Assembly (NCBI GenBank): GCA_049700215.1
Contig: JBNAVT010000001.1
Coordinates: 32,001 to 96,000 of the forward strand
Source: Thermoproteota archaeon
GTDB lineage: Archaea; Thermoproteota; EX4484-205; JAAOZP01
Reading direction: 5' to 3'
DNA: 64,000 nucleotides
Below, one piece after another: positions 1 through 9,788 of this stretch. Made by a program: the position numbers and the translations under genes. Each line of letters begins with the position of its first letter. Position 1 is the first letter of the stretch. The notes under the pieces were generated by a model. It saw only the letters and a list, made by a program, of their open reading frames with translations. It was not told the origin of the DNA and ran no database searches.

Positions 1-325
1 TCCTGTCGACAAATATCCTTCTAGAAGGCTCGCCGGAGGTCTTCTGGAGCCTAGTGGAATCCCGGTAAATGTTTTCAAAAAGAATGCTTTTCTCAAGCTC
101 TGTGGCGTGGACCTCAACCCCCCTCCGCTTCAGATGCTCCACCCACTCCGGGTTCATATCGGGCCCGTAGGCTGTGAAAAGAACTGTTTCAACACTCATT
201 CGGGAGAGGCTGAGCGAAGAGTAGAATCCTCCCCCACCCATGTAACTGTAGGCTCCGCCACGGCTCCTGTTAACGTCTATCGTTAAAGCACCTATCACGC
301 CTATTCTGAGACGCCTCCTGGACAT
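1..325 (-). CDS. PfkB/ribokinase-family sugar kinase (5' part; runs off window start)
   Basis: Manual translation from ATG at 325: MSRRRLRIGVIGALTID...MGGGGFYSSLSL...AYGPD, matching the PfkB N-terminal G-x-x-x-x-D and GG motifs. Confidence 0.7.
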   Translation of the reverse strand, partial: MSRRRLRIGVIGALTIDVNRSRGGAYSYMGGGGFYSSLSLSRMSVETVLFTAYGPDMNPEWVEHLKRRGVEVHATELEKSILFENIYRDSTRLQKTSGEPSRRIFVDR

Positions 326-497
326 TTAGACGCAGAATCAGACTAAGCCCCCTATTTAACCACTATCGGGACAATGGGTCTTACTAAAAACTTAAAAACC
401 TGTTTGCCGAAAAACAATGGTTAAACGTTTTCTGCTCCTAGAGCCTAGGGTTAGGGCAAAGTGTATAAGGCAGTGTTCTCAACTTTTCCCGAGGCTG

Positions 498-1073
498 ATG
501 AGAATGGTGAAAACAAGTAGGATTGTTGAAATAAGGTGGCACGGCAGGGGAGGCCAGGGTGTTGTGCTTGCAAACCAGCTCGTAGGCATGGCTCTCTTCG
601 AAGAGGGGAAAAACATTCAGACTTTCCCGGACTTCGGCCCAGAGAGGACAGGTGGTCCAGTAAGGGGTTACACACGCTTCTCAGAGGAGCCCATAGATAT
701 ACATTCCTCAGTATACGAGCCCGACATATTGGCAGTGATAGACCCCTACTTGGCTGAGGACCCGAGCGTCTACGCCGGCCTCAAACCGGAGGGTGTTGCA
801 GTGGTTAACTCCGCTAAAACCCCGGGAGCCCTCAGGGGGAAGCTGGGTTTAAACGTTAAGACTCTCGGCGTCGTAGACGCAGCCAGGATCTCGAAGGAGG
901 TCTTCGGAACCTATGTTTTCAACACGCCTGTCCTAGGGGGACTGGTGAGGCTCACAGGCATAGTCAGGCTTGAGACGCTTGAAAAACTGTTTTTAAGCAG
1001 GTTCCCAGGCAGAGTTGGGGAGCTTAACGTGAAAATGCTTAAGAGGGGATATGAGGAGGTGGCGGCCCAATGA
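498..1073 (+). CDS. porG: Pyruvate/2-oxoacid:ferredoxin oxidoreductase gamma subunit
   Basis: EIRWHGRGGQG and FGPERTGGPV motifs; start probably ATG 498 or 504 rather than 417. Confidence 0.93.
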   Translation: MRMVKTSRIVEIRWHGRGGQGVVLANQLVGMALFEEGKNIQTFPDFGPERTGGPVRGYTRFSEEPIDIHSSVYEPDILAVIDPYLAEDPSVYAGLKPEGVAVVNSAKTPGALRGKLGLNVKTLGVVDAARISKEVFGTYVFNTPVLGGLVRLTGIVRLETLEKLFLSRFPGRVGELNVKMLKRGYEEVAAQ

Positions 1074-1348
1074 GCACGACCGTAAGCTGGAGGGAGATAG
1101 ATCTGGGTGGAAGCGTAGCCGGCGGGACGAGTGAGAAGTATAAGACGGGTAACTGGAGGGTTGAGAAACCCGTTATAGACTACGAGAAGTGCGTCAGATG
1201 CCTGATATGCTGGCTCTACTGCCCTGAGCCCGCGATAATCAGGAACGGGAACGAGGTTAAAATAGACTATGACTATTGCAAGGGCTGCGGCATATGTGCA
1301 GAGGAGTGTCCGAGGAAGGCGATAACGATGGTTCCGGAGGAGATTTAG
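1070..1348 (+). CDS. porD: 2-oxoacid:ferredoxin oxidoreductase delta subunit
   Basis: TGNWR..KP, two 4Fe-4S motifs (CVRCLICWLYCP, CKGCGICAEECP). Confidence 0.95.
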   Translation: MSTTVSWREIDLGGSVAGGTSEKYKTGNWRVEKPVIDYEKCVRCLICWLYCPEPAIIRNGNEVKIDYDYCKGCGICAEECPRKAITMVPEEI

Positions 1349-1349
1349 G

Positions 1350-2546
1350 ATGATGGCTGAAGCTTTAGCAAGGCAGCACAGGATCGCGCTGACCGGGAAC
1401 GACGCTGTGGCCTACGCTGTTAAACAGGCTAACGTCGACGTGATAAGCGCATACCCGATAACTCCACAGACATTCGTCGTCGAGACGCTTTCGAGATACG
1501 TTTACGACGGCGAGTTGAACGCCAAGTTCATAAACGTGGAGTCTGAGCACTCAGCCCTCTCCGCGGTGATAGGGGCCTCGCTAGCCGGGGCGAGAGCATT
1601 CACGGCGACAGCAAGCCAGGGCCTCGCCTACATGTGGGAGGCGCTCTACGCGGCTTCAGGATTAAGGCTGCCGATAGTCATGGCTTTAGCGGCAAGAGCA
1701 TTATCCGCACCAATAAATATTCACAACGATCATTCAGACTTCTTCGGAATGAGGGACGCGGGCTGGGTAATGTTCAACGGCGAGGAGGCGCAGGAGACCT
1801 ACGACCTCACAATCATGGCTTTCAAAATCGTTGAAGACCCTAGAGTACTCCTGCCGGTAGTGGTCTCGTACGACGGCTTCATAGTGTCACACGCGATAAC
1901 AAACTTCTACGCTTTAAACGACGACGTTGTCAAGGAATTTCTGGGAGTGAGAACAACCGGGCCCAAGATAAACCCGGACGACCCGAGAACCTTCGGCGTC
2001 CTAGCTTTGCAAGACTCCTACTACGAGTTTAAAAGGCAACAGTATGAGGCGATGGAGAACGCTAGGCAAGTAATACAGGAAGTGTTTAAAAAATACGGGG
2101 AGATTTCTGGGAGAAACTACAAGCCCCTGAAAGAATACATGACGAGCGACGCGGAAACCTGCATAGTCGCGATGGGAAGCACCGTGGGAACAGCAAGACA
2201 CGCAGCCAAGATGCTGAGGGAAGAAGGCGAGAAAGTAGGCGTCGTAGGAATACTACAATACAGACCATGGCCGATTAAGGAGGCTGAACAACTATTCTCA
2301 AGGTTCAAAAGGATAATAATCATGGAGAAGGTTATGAGCCCAGGAGCAAGAGCAGGGCCTGTCTACGAGGACATCGCTTCAACACTATACCCCAACCACA
2401 ACGTTAAAATGGTGGACTTCACATACGGCCTTGGTGGAAGAGACATCTCGACGCAAGGGATCATTGAGATATACAGGAGGGGGAAGGAGCTTATCGACAA
2501 GGGTAAGACGGACAGAACCCAGTTCTACGGGGTGAGGGGAGAATGA
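1350..2546 (+). CDS. porA: 2-oxoacid:ferredoxin oxidoreductase alpha subunit
   Basis: AYPITPQT, ESEHSA, TATASQGL motifs. Confidence 0.95.
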   Translation: MMAEALARQHRIALTGNDAVAYAVKQANVDVISAYPITPQTFVVETLSRYVYDGELNAKFINVESEHSALSAVIGASLAGARAFTATASQGLAYMWEALYAASGLRLPIVMALAARALSAPINIHNDHSDFFGMRDAGWVMFNGEEAQETYDLTIMAFKIVEDPRVLLPVVVSYDGFIVSHAITNFYALNDDVVKEFLGVRTTGPKINPDDPRTFGVLALQDSYYEFKRQQYEAMENARQVIQEVFKKYGEISGRNYKPLKEYMTSDAETCIVAMGSTVGTARHAAKMLREEGEKVGVVGILQYRPWPIKEAEQLFSRFKRIIIMEKVMSPGARAGPVYEDIASTLYPNHNVKMVDFTYGLGGRDISTQGIIEIYRRGKELIDKGKTDRTQFYGVRGE

Positions 2547-3490
2547 GCAAGCTGGAACCAATATCCAAAATATCCGACCTCCCTGAGGAATCTAGATTCA
2601 GACCGGGGCACAGGCTGTGCGCAGGATGCGGGCCGGCAATAACCGCTAAACTCATAACGCTCGCAGCTCCCGAGGCAATAATCGTCAACGCGACGGGCTG
2701 CGTAGAAGTCGGGACAACAATCTACCCGTACTCAGCATGGAAAACACCATGGGTCCACGTACTCTTCCAGAACAACGCACCAGTCGCCTCAGGCATAGCA
2801 GCGGCGCTTGAAAAACTCTCAGTGGAAGGAAGAGCAAGAAAAGTACCGGTCATAGCACTAGGAGGAGACGGCGCAACATTCGACATAGGACTCGGAGCGA
2901 TCTCGGGAGCACTAGAAAGGTTAGACAAATTTATATATATATGTTATGACAATTTTGCATATATGAATACTGGGATCCAACGGTCAGGAGCTACTCCTTT
3001 GGGCGTTGCGACGACGACTAGTCCTGCTGGCAGTGTGATTCCGGGTAAGCAGGAGAACAAGAAGGATTTGATTGGGATTGTTGCTTCTCATCATATCCCT
3101 TATGCTGCTACCGCAACCATTTGGCTTTGGCGCGACATGGTTAATAAGATTAGGAAGGCTGTTAACTATAGTGAGCAGGGCCCAGCGTTTCTGCACATTC
3201 TTGCTCCATGCCAGTTCGGCTGGCGTTACGAGCCGCGTTTGACGGTTAAGGTTTCGAGGATGGCTGTTGAAACAAGGCTGTTCCCGGTTTACGAGGTTGA
3301 GGATGGTCAGCTCAGGATTAACTATAGGGTCGCTAAGCCTACTCCGGTTGAGGAGTATCTTAAGATCCAGAGGTGGACAAGGCACCTTTTGGATCCTAAG
3401 AACGCTGAGACTTTGCAGAGGCTTAAGGCTTGGATTGAGTGGAACTGGCTGCGCTTGGAGAACCTGGAGAAGGCTGGTAAAGTATTCTAG
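2543..3490 (+). CDS. porB: 2-oxoacid:ferredoxin oxidoreductase beta subunit
   Basis: GHRLCAGCG, GGDG TPP-binding motif, YMNTGIQRS. Confidence 0.95.
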   Translation: MSKLEPISKISDLPEESRFRPGHRLCAGCGPAITAKLITLAAPEAIIVNATGCVEVGTTIYPYSAWKTPWVHVLFQNNAPVASGIAAALEKLSVEGRARKVPVIALGGDGATFDIGLGAISGALERLDKFIYICYDNFAYMNTGIQRSGATPLGVATTTSPAGSVIPGKQENKKDLIGIVASHHIPYAATATIWLWRDMVNKIRKAVNYSEQGPAFLHILAPCQFGWRYEPRLTVKVSRMAVETRLFPVYEVEDGQLRINYRVAKPTPVEEYLKIQRWTRHLLDPKNAETLQRLKAWIEWNWLRLENLEKAGKVF

Positions 3491-3572
3491 GGAGCAGCGG
3501 TTTCACAATAGGTTTGGCGCGCCTATAGTAGGGAACCTTCGCGCGCTGCTTCCAAGACTGTTAGGCAGCCTT

Positions 3573-3944
3573 ACAGAGCCATTCCCCTTCCTGAGGAAGC
3601 CTGATGCTTAGGAACCTTGCTAGGCTCTGGAGAAGGTTCTCAGGCATGTCCCTCGACTACAGGGATTACGTTAAATGGGTTGACAGGGGTGGTGTCGCAC
3701 TGGCGGGCTTCCCCACCGGGATTAGGACAGTAAGGGTCTATGAGCATCCCAAGTCGAATAAATGGCGCGCGCGCTCATGGGCTTCACCAGTGCAGTGAGG
3801 TTCTCCATCCCCAAGGACATATATGCTGAGAGGTTTGCGAGGCTCACCGATGCGCTGATGAGGCTCGCGGAATACTCTAACGTTGGTGGCAATAGGACAG
3901 CTGGCTTCGGAGTCGTAAAGTATCTCCCTAAAAACACTTACTAG
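3573..3944 (+). pseudogene. cas6: 5'-truncated, frameshifted Cas6 endoribonuclease remnant
   Basis: ORFs 3604-3798 and 3762-3944 join into IPLP..LMLRNLARLW...KW/MGFTSAVRF...AEYSNVGGNRTAGFGVV (Cas6 C-terminal G-rich loop); N-terminal half absent. Confidence 0.8.
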
Positions 3945-4026
3945 CACACTAGTATACGAGTTTCAACACGGATGACTTGAACAAGGGAGCAACGTTATTC
4001 GGAGTTTAATTTTTCAAATCGATTCG

Positions 4027-4295
4027 CATGGGTGCTTAAAAACTTCTCGATTCACGTTTAGCGGGATGAAAATATGCTGTTATTCGAAAAACTTATTTAA
4101 AACCTTAACCCTTATTAATCCAGCTATGAGTAAGCATATTCGGCTTGTTTTAACCATAGCCTTACTATCAACCGTCCCCTCAAGCCCTCTCAAGGCTTAC
4201 GCTTCCCCCTTCGAGCTTGCTTACGATGATGGTGACTTCGACTATGCTTGGAGCGATTTCTACCCTAATGGCGCGGGGGTCAGGTTTACTCCGCC
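4027..4295 (+). repeat. Dispersed repeat copy 1: promoter plus 5' end of secreted-protein gene, homologous to 56361-56630
   Basis: CATGGGTGCTTAAAAA...CTGTTATTCGAAAAACTTATTTAAAACCTTAAC...TTGGAGCGATTTCTA...GTCAGGTTTACTCC present at both sites. Confidence 0.9.
4086..4101 (+). promoter_or_regulatory. Putative BRE+TATA promoter
   Basis: GAAAAACTTATTTAAA about 25 nt upstream of ATG 4126; identical upstream of the paralog ATG at 56460. Confidence 0.65.
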
Positions 4296-4944
4296 AGCAC
4301 TACCATGGAGGATAACCAGCGTTTTGCTCTACGGCCTGGCTTTGGAGAGGGGTGGAAACATGCTTTTCACCCTCGAGGTAAGGGACCAGTTTTTCGGCCT
4401 AGTCTACGTGACTCAGTATGCCACCCTCCAGTTCTTTGAGAACGGCACGTTCAGCTGGGCCAGGATTCCCCTTCCAAACATTACTCTTAACAGCGAATTC
4501 TACGTGTGCATCTACCCATGCTTCTCCCTCGACGCGACTCAGCTCTGGATAGGCGTTGACGAGGATCCCCCAATAAGCAACAGGAGCCTCCTCGTGGACA
4601 GGGAGAATGATAGGATAGTCAAAGCATGGGATATTGGCAGCGGCAGGCCTAGGAACTTCATGATAAGGGTCGAGGTGGAAGGAGAAGCCAAGCACCTGAT
4701 GGTCGACGCTCCCGGAGTATTAAAGGGCTTTGATGTGGAGAATATTGTTTTCAAAAGGCCTAAGGGCGATATTGTGAACCTGGTCGTGGCGTTTAAGAGC
4801 GGCGACGCAATCGGCTTCAGGCTGAGCCTGGGGGAAGACGGTAAGTCGGTGAAGATTACTCCGATGGTCGCTCGGGGAGAAGGCAACTACGACGAGATAC
4901 TTAGCTTAGAGTATAAGTCGGAGGTGGGACTTCGATCCTGTTGA
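4126..4944 (+). CDS. Secreted beta-rich protein, paralog of 56460-57610 N-terminal domain, with divergent C-terminus
   Basis: Signal peptide MSKHIRLVLTIALLSTVP..KAYASP; shared motifs ELxxDDG..WSDFYP...VRFTPP, QLWIxVDxDPP, FMIRV. Confidence 0.7.
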   Translation: MSKHIRLVLTIALLSTVPSSPLKAYASPFELAYDDGDFDYAWSDFYPNGAGVRFTPPALPWRITSVLLYGLALERGGNMLFTLEVRDQFFGLVYVTQYATLQFFENGTFSWARIPLPNITLNSEFYVCIYPCFSLDATQLWIGVDEDPPISNRSLLVDRENDRIVKAWDIGSGRPRNFMIRVEVEGEAKHLMVDAPGVLKGFDVENIVFKRPKGDIVNLVVAFKSGDAIGFRLSLGEDGKSVKITPMVARGEGNYDEILSLEYKSEVGLRSC

Positions 4945-5340
4945 CCGTGTTCCGGATATAACTTTGAAGAAGCGCGCGCGCTTAGAAGTGCGGATCCCAA
5001 CAATAAAAAATTGGGACATGTGGTTTCGCCGAGCAGCTGAAGAGGTTTTCTAGGGTTAGGCTTCTCGTCGAATCAAGCTGTGGGCGACGTGCGCTGCCAG
5101 TTCGACTAGTAACGGGCGTACAGAGCCTTCGGTTTCTAAGTTTGCAAAGCTGTTTTAAAAATAATGCAAAGAGTTTTTCAAAATGGTTAAGCATGGCGCG
5201 GTATCAGGCCTCCTCTGCTCGAGCTCATTATCCAACGTATCATGTTCACCGACACGACTACTGTAAACACTGTTTTCCTGCAACGCGGAGCGTTAGAAAT
5301 GACTTGTCTATCGAGGGCTGGAAGCATGCGGATTCCGGTT

Positions 5341-6129
5341 TCAATAGAAGTATTCCGGCGGTTCCCTTCTCCAGGTTGATTCCTGTTGTCGGGTTGCCTC
5401 CTCCATCAGTCTGTCGAAATCTCTGCTAGCTATTTCGATATCCTCCAGGTCAATATCGATCTTCAGCATTTCAGCCAGTTTCTCAAGCATGGTGTAAATG
5501 CTTCTGGGATAAACACTGGCGGAAGGGGGGGCTTGCCCCCATAGGCTTATCACGTCAATGCCTCTTTTTTGACACGCGAGAACTAAGAGCGAGTGTATGC
5601 CTACTGGTGCAGGCTGTCGGCTGCTCCCATATGTCACGTATCCTATTCCATACTCTTTCAACTCGTCTTTCAACTTCGGGTCTCCAACTACTGCCTCCAC
5701 CGGCTGTTCTCCCATGGCTGAAATCTCCGGACTCATGACTCCGCCAATTACGTATATCCTCCTAACTTTGTAAAAGCTTGCTAAATCAATAATCGCCTCC
5801 ACGTATTCGTTGGGTCTGAAATTAGGCTCGTCGGCAAGCAAGAATATTAAATCACTACCCCTAGTATTCTTATGGTAAAATAATTCCGTGGAGGACCATT
5901 CTATCTTTCTTATAATACCCTCCTCAATCCATCCTAATGGCCGAGAGTTTTGAAGGATGTAAAAATCGTAGGGAATCATCTCGCCGAATCTCCTTGCTCC
6001 CAATTTCCTTATCAAGTAGCCCACGCTTCCGCTTGAAATTCTTCCAGCATCCGCCCATCCCCTGAACCCTAGTACGAGCAGAGGATCTTTAAGCTCAGGC
6101 TCCTCGTAAATAATGAATCTCCCCTTCAT
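5341..6129 (-). CDS. PAC2-family proteasome assembly chaperone-like protein
   Basis: P.LVLGFRGWADAG..S, EPNFR..EY, GIHSLL, SLWG pattern. Confidence 0.8.
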   Translation of the reverse strand: MKGRFIIYEEPELKDPLLVLGFRGWADAGRISSGSVGYLIRKLGARRFGEMIPYDFYILQNSRPLGWIEEGIIRKIEWSSTELFYHKNTRGSDLIFLLADEPNFRPNEYVEAIIDLASFYKVRRIYVIGGVMSPEISAMGEQPVEAVVGDPKLKDELKEYGIGYVTYGSSRQPAPVGIHSLLVLACQKRGIDVISLWGQAPPSASVYPRSIYTMLEKLAEMLKIDIDLEDIEIASRDFDRLMEEATRQQESTWRREPPEYFY

Positions 6130-6309
6130 CCGCTCGGTTTAAAACTTGATTGCAGGATTTAAATCTACTGTAACCGGAATACTGGATTTTCTGGCCGCTA
6201 CCGGGGCTCATCCTTCTCCAGGGACCTTGAGAAGAGGTTGAGGGTGTGTTGATAAAAAATAAAAACATATAACCGTAAAATTTATATATTCCGAGAGGTT
6301 TGTGCCCAC

Positions 6310-6555
6310 ATGGTTAAAACAACGATAATTCTGGACGATGAGCTTTACAAGAAGCTTGTTCAAGAAGCCTTGGAGAAGTATGGGACGACGAAAAAGCTTT
6401 CTAAACTCATAAACGAGAAGTTGAGGGGTGAGGATGTTTGGAAAGCGCATAGAAAGGAGAGGCTTAGGATAAGGCTTGGGAAGGATCTTAAACGGGAGGA
6501 TATTGAGAGGCTTATTGAAGACGGTTGGAGGGAGATAGTGAAATGGAGGCCGTGA
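6310..6555 (+). CDS. VapB-like antitoxin
   Basis: KTTIILDDELYKKL N-terminus; overlaps downstream PIN gene. Confidence 0.7.
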   Translation: MVKTTIILDDELYKKLVQEALEKYGTTKKLSKLINEKLRGEDVWKAHRKERLRIRLGKDLKREDIERLIEDGWREIVKWRP

Positions 6556-6929
6556 TTGATACGAACGTACTGGTCTACGATACTTTCGAAGACTCTGTCT
6601 ATCATAAGGATGCGGAGAGCAGGCTCTCTAATCTTAGGAAATGGGTTATTCCAACAGTTGTACTTGAAGAGTTCGTGATTGTTTTACTTCAACTTAAGAT
6701 AGAAAGGAGCTTCATCAGGGAGAAATTGCTGGAGCTTCTTGAGGACGATAGGGTGGAAGTAGTCCCGCTTTCTAGACAAAACTTTCTAGACTCTGTTGGC
6801 ATGATTTCGAGGGAGAACGTTTCTTTTAAAAGGTTAAACGACAAGCTTATAGTTTCTGTCGCTAAAGCAAGAAGACTACCGGTCTTAACGTACGATAAAG
6901 AGCTTAAGAAGGAGCGTCAAGCATCGTAA
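6543..6929 (+). CDS. vapC: VapC PIN-domain toxin
   Basis: VIDTNVLV...VVLEEF...ND..I...TYDKEL PIN acidic motifs; start probably ATG 6543. Confidence 0.85.
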   Translation: MEAVIDTNVLVYDTFEDSVYHKDAESRLSNLRKWVIPTVVLEEFVIVLLQLKIERSFIREKLLELLEDDRVEVVPLSRQNFLDSVGMISRENVSFKRLNDKLIVSVAKARRLPVLTYDKELKKERQAS

Positions 6930-7269
6930 AAACTCATGGTCTTTCCCAAGTATGCAGCATCTGTTGAGCCCTTGGTTCTCCTTGTCTGGAGCCCTCCATA
7001 GAGCAACGCTTTCTCTGAAACCCTATGACTAAAGGCTTAAGACTGGTTTTCAACTCTGATCTGTCGGAAAAGCACTGGGATAATCTTCCTAAGTATCTAG
7101 CCTCTTCCAAGTCTTAAAGCCGGTCTCCAGCATGCAACCAGCCTGAATTGTTTTAGCACGAATGGGCAGCGTTAGGCAGTAAGTTTTAGTAAAACAGGAT
7201 TTCCATAACCAGAGTAAAGAGTTTGAAAAATCTTTAAAGCTACAGGCTGTTCAAAAGCAAGTTTGAGAA

Positions 7270-8379
7270 ATGGTTGTATACAGCGATAAGTTTCTGGCTC
7301 TGATGGGGGGTCGTTTCGGCAGGCCTAGGCGTGTTCCGCACTGGGAACACTGGTCCTGCCCGGATGCTGAAACATACATTACTGGTATCGAATACTACGA
7401 GCATCCTAGACTCTGCAGGTTGAAGATGGCTGAGCTCTACCCGCAGCTGGAGCTACCGGTTCCAGAGAGTGACAGGCCTATTCCCCGTCCGGAGAGCTTG
7501 ATGAACAGTGGAGACTTGTATGTTGACGAGTGTGGCCGTAGGCATGTCCGCTGGGGAGATTCGCTCACCAGCCATTGGAACTGGGGGAGAGTTGTTCAAG
7601 ACGCCGGAGGACGTTTTCGCCTTCTCGCCGTTGAGCCAGGGAGACTTCACTAATATTCCTGTGGTGGAGTCCCGCGACTACCGTGACGAGGAGAAGCTTT
7701 ACCGCGAGTATCGCGCCCGCTACCCGGCCGAGTGGGGCGACAGCGCACCCGAGGGCTCAACAGCCTCTGTTTCTTCAACACGATGTTCATGTGGCCACTT
7801 CTCACCTTCGGCTGGAGGCTGTTTCTGAGAACCTGCTTAGATAAGCGTTTCGAAAGGATAATGGACGAGTTTGCTGAGATCAATAGGCGTGTCTTCCGTG
7901 TTTTCGCAAGGCTACCCGTTAACTTCGTGGTTTGCCACGATGATATTGCTACTTCCCGTGGGCCCGTTCTTTCACCGGCTTGGATGCGGAAACTGGTTTT
8001 TCCACGCTATAGAGAGTTCTGGGGGATTCTGAGAGACGCTGGGAAGACTGTTATCTTCATGTCAGACGGGTGTTTGGATGTTTTTGCAGACGATGTTCTC
8101 GCATGCGGTGCTCAGGGAATTATAACTGAGCCCCATACGAACATTCAGGCAATAGCGCGTAGTCATCCGGATGTTTTCCTGGCTGGCGAGGGTGATTGCC
8201 GTATACTCCTGCGTAGCGACCCGGTTGAGATTGAAAACATGGTTAGGAGAATGGTGGAGACCGCTAAAACAGCAGGGGGTTACGCCTTCTGCGTTGGGAA
8301 CCATATTCCCTGGAATACGCCTCCGCAGGCTGTTAAACTCTATCTGGATCTCTGCGCTGAGCTTGGGCATCTGGACTAG
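7270..8379 (+). pseudogene. Uroporphyrinogen decarboxylase/MtaA-like family protein, split by two frameshifts
   Basis: Three overlapping ORFs (7270, 7508, 7732) join at about 7590 and 7770; HDDIA..GP..SP, FMSDG, GGYAFCVGNHIP motifs. Confidence 0.75.
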
Positions 8380-8530
8380 TTTTTCCAAGCCTCTTTAAAG
8401 GCCTTTTGACAAGGGTTATTCCCCACGCCGGACTGAGGCTGCTCACGCTTTTCAGCGCTCTTTTCCAGCGCGCGTAGACCAGGGTTGAGGGGAAAGGGTT
8501 ATATAGCCTTGCTCGTTAAAACGGTTAAGG

Positions 8531-8941
8531 ATGTCTACTGTCCAAACCTACCGGGGCAGGACCTTGGAGGAGCTGAACAGTCTTTCGATGAACGAGTTGA
8601 TGAAGCTCCTTCCAGCCAGGATTAGGAGGAGTCTCAGAAGGGGGCTACATCCTGAGACTCGGAAGCTTCTTGAGACTGTTAGGAGGGTTAAGGCTGAGAT
8701 GGCTCAGACTGGGGTTCAGCCTAAGAGGATAAGGACGCATAGAAGGGATATGCCTATTCTCCCCGAGATGGTTGGATTAACCATTGAGGTTCACAACGGT
8801 AAGGACTTCATACCTGTTGAAATCACTCTGGATAAGGTTGGCCACTATCTAGGCGAGTTCGCAATAACCAACAAGAGGGTTGTTCACGGTAAGCCTGGAG
8901 TCGGAGCGAGCAAGGCTTCTACTTACGTGCCTTTGAAGTAA
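8531..8941 (+). CDS. rps19: 30S ribosomal protein S19 (uS19)
   Basis: [33 protein letters not shown]. Confidence 0.97.
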   Translation: MSTVQTYRGRTLEELNSLSMNELMKLLPARIRRSLRRGLHPETRKLLETVRRVKAEMAQTGVQPKRIRTHRRDMPILPEMVGLTIEVHNGKDFIPVEITLDKVGHYLGEFAITNKRVVHGKPGVGASKASTYVPLK

Positions 8942-8974
8942 GGAAAAATAAAAAGATTGGGGAAAGTATTGGGC

Positions 8975-9205
8975 TTACTGCTTCTTAGGCTGCTCCTTCC
9001 AAACGTATGTTATCCTGTCGTCAATCACTAGGTATTCTCCACTGTCCTTGACTGAGACCATGGGTTTCTTCAATATTGTAGCTATCTTTCTAAGTCCTTC
9101 AAGCGACTTAACGTGTGCAACATATCCTTCAGGAGTTCTCTCAAGCTTGTCCACGTTCACTGCTCTGCGTATGCTGGGCTCGGCTTCAGCCGCCTCCTTG
9201 CTCAT
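8975..9205 (-). CDS. Small hypothetical protein between rps19 and rpl22
   Basis: 76-aa ORF with ATG start filling the intergenic gap, protein-like composition, upstream TTAAA element. Confidence 0.6.
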   Translation of the reverse strand: MSKEAAEAEPSIRRAVNVDKLERTPEGYVAHVKSLEGLRKIATILKKPMVSVKDSGEYLVIDDRITYVWKEQPKKQ

Positions 9206-9310
9206 TTTCTATCGCTAAAGCTACTTTAGCCTAGGATTTAAGCATTGCCTATAACGGGCAAAATATTTAATAGTTGGCACATATTCCTCTCCTGCTCCCG
9301 CGAGCCAAAG

Positions 9311-9787
9311 GTGTCGGGTTTGCCAAGCTTCAAATACAGTCTGGTGGAGGTGGATAGGGCCCGTTCGGCTAAGGCCAGTCTCAGAGAGGTTAGAGTGTCT
9401 CCTAAACACTCGGTTGAGCTAGCCCGGTTTATAAAGGGTTTAAGGATACCTGAGGCTAGAGAGAGGCTGGAGGCGGTTGCGGAGAAAAGGCTCCCCGTCC
9501 CCTTTAAAAGGTACAGGAAGAAGGTTCCGCACAGGCGGGGGGTTTTAAAGACAGGCTCCGGGAGGTATCCTGTTAAGGCAGCCAGGTTCTTCCTGAGACT
9601 GCTGTCGCAGCTTGAGGCTAATGCTGAGTTTAAAGGATTGTCTCCAGACAGTATGAGGATAACCGGTGTCGTTGTCCACTGCGGCAGGAAGCTGAAAAGG
9701 TATACGCCCAGGGCCTTTGGAAGGGCTACGCCAAGGTTTGAAACCCTTGTTCACGTTGAGGCCCTGGCTGTTGAGGAGGCTGGTTGA
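9311..9787 (+). CDS. rpl22: 50S ribosomal protein L22 (uL22)
   Basis: VSPKHSVE, GRYPVKAA, PRAFGRATP; start approximate. Confidence 0.95.
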   Translation: MSGLPSFKYSLVEVDRARSAKASLREVRVSPKHSVELARFIKGLRIPEARERLEAVAEKRLPVPFKRYRKKVPHRRGVLKTGSGRYPVKAARFFLRLLSQLEANAEFKGLSPDSMRITGVVVHCGRKLKRYTPRAFGRATPRFETLVHVEALAVEEAG

Positions 9788-9788
9788 C

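Noticed and set aside
4982-5340. Short ORFs 4982-5194 (-) and 5142-5429 (+)
   Set aside because: No recognisable motifs; probably degenerate intergenic DNA
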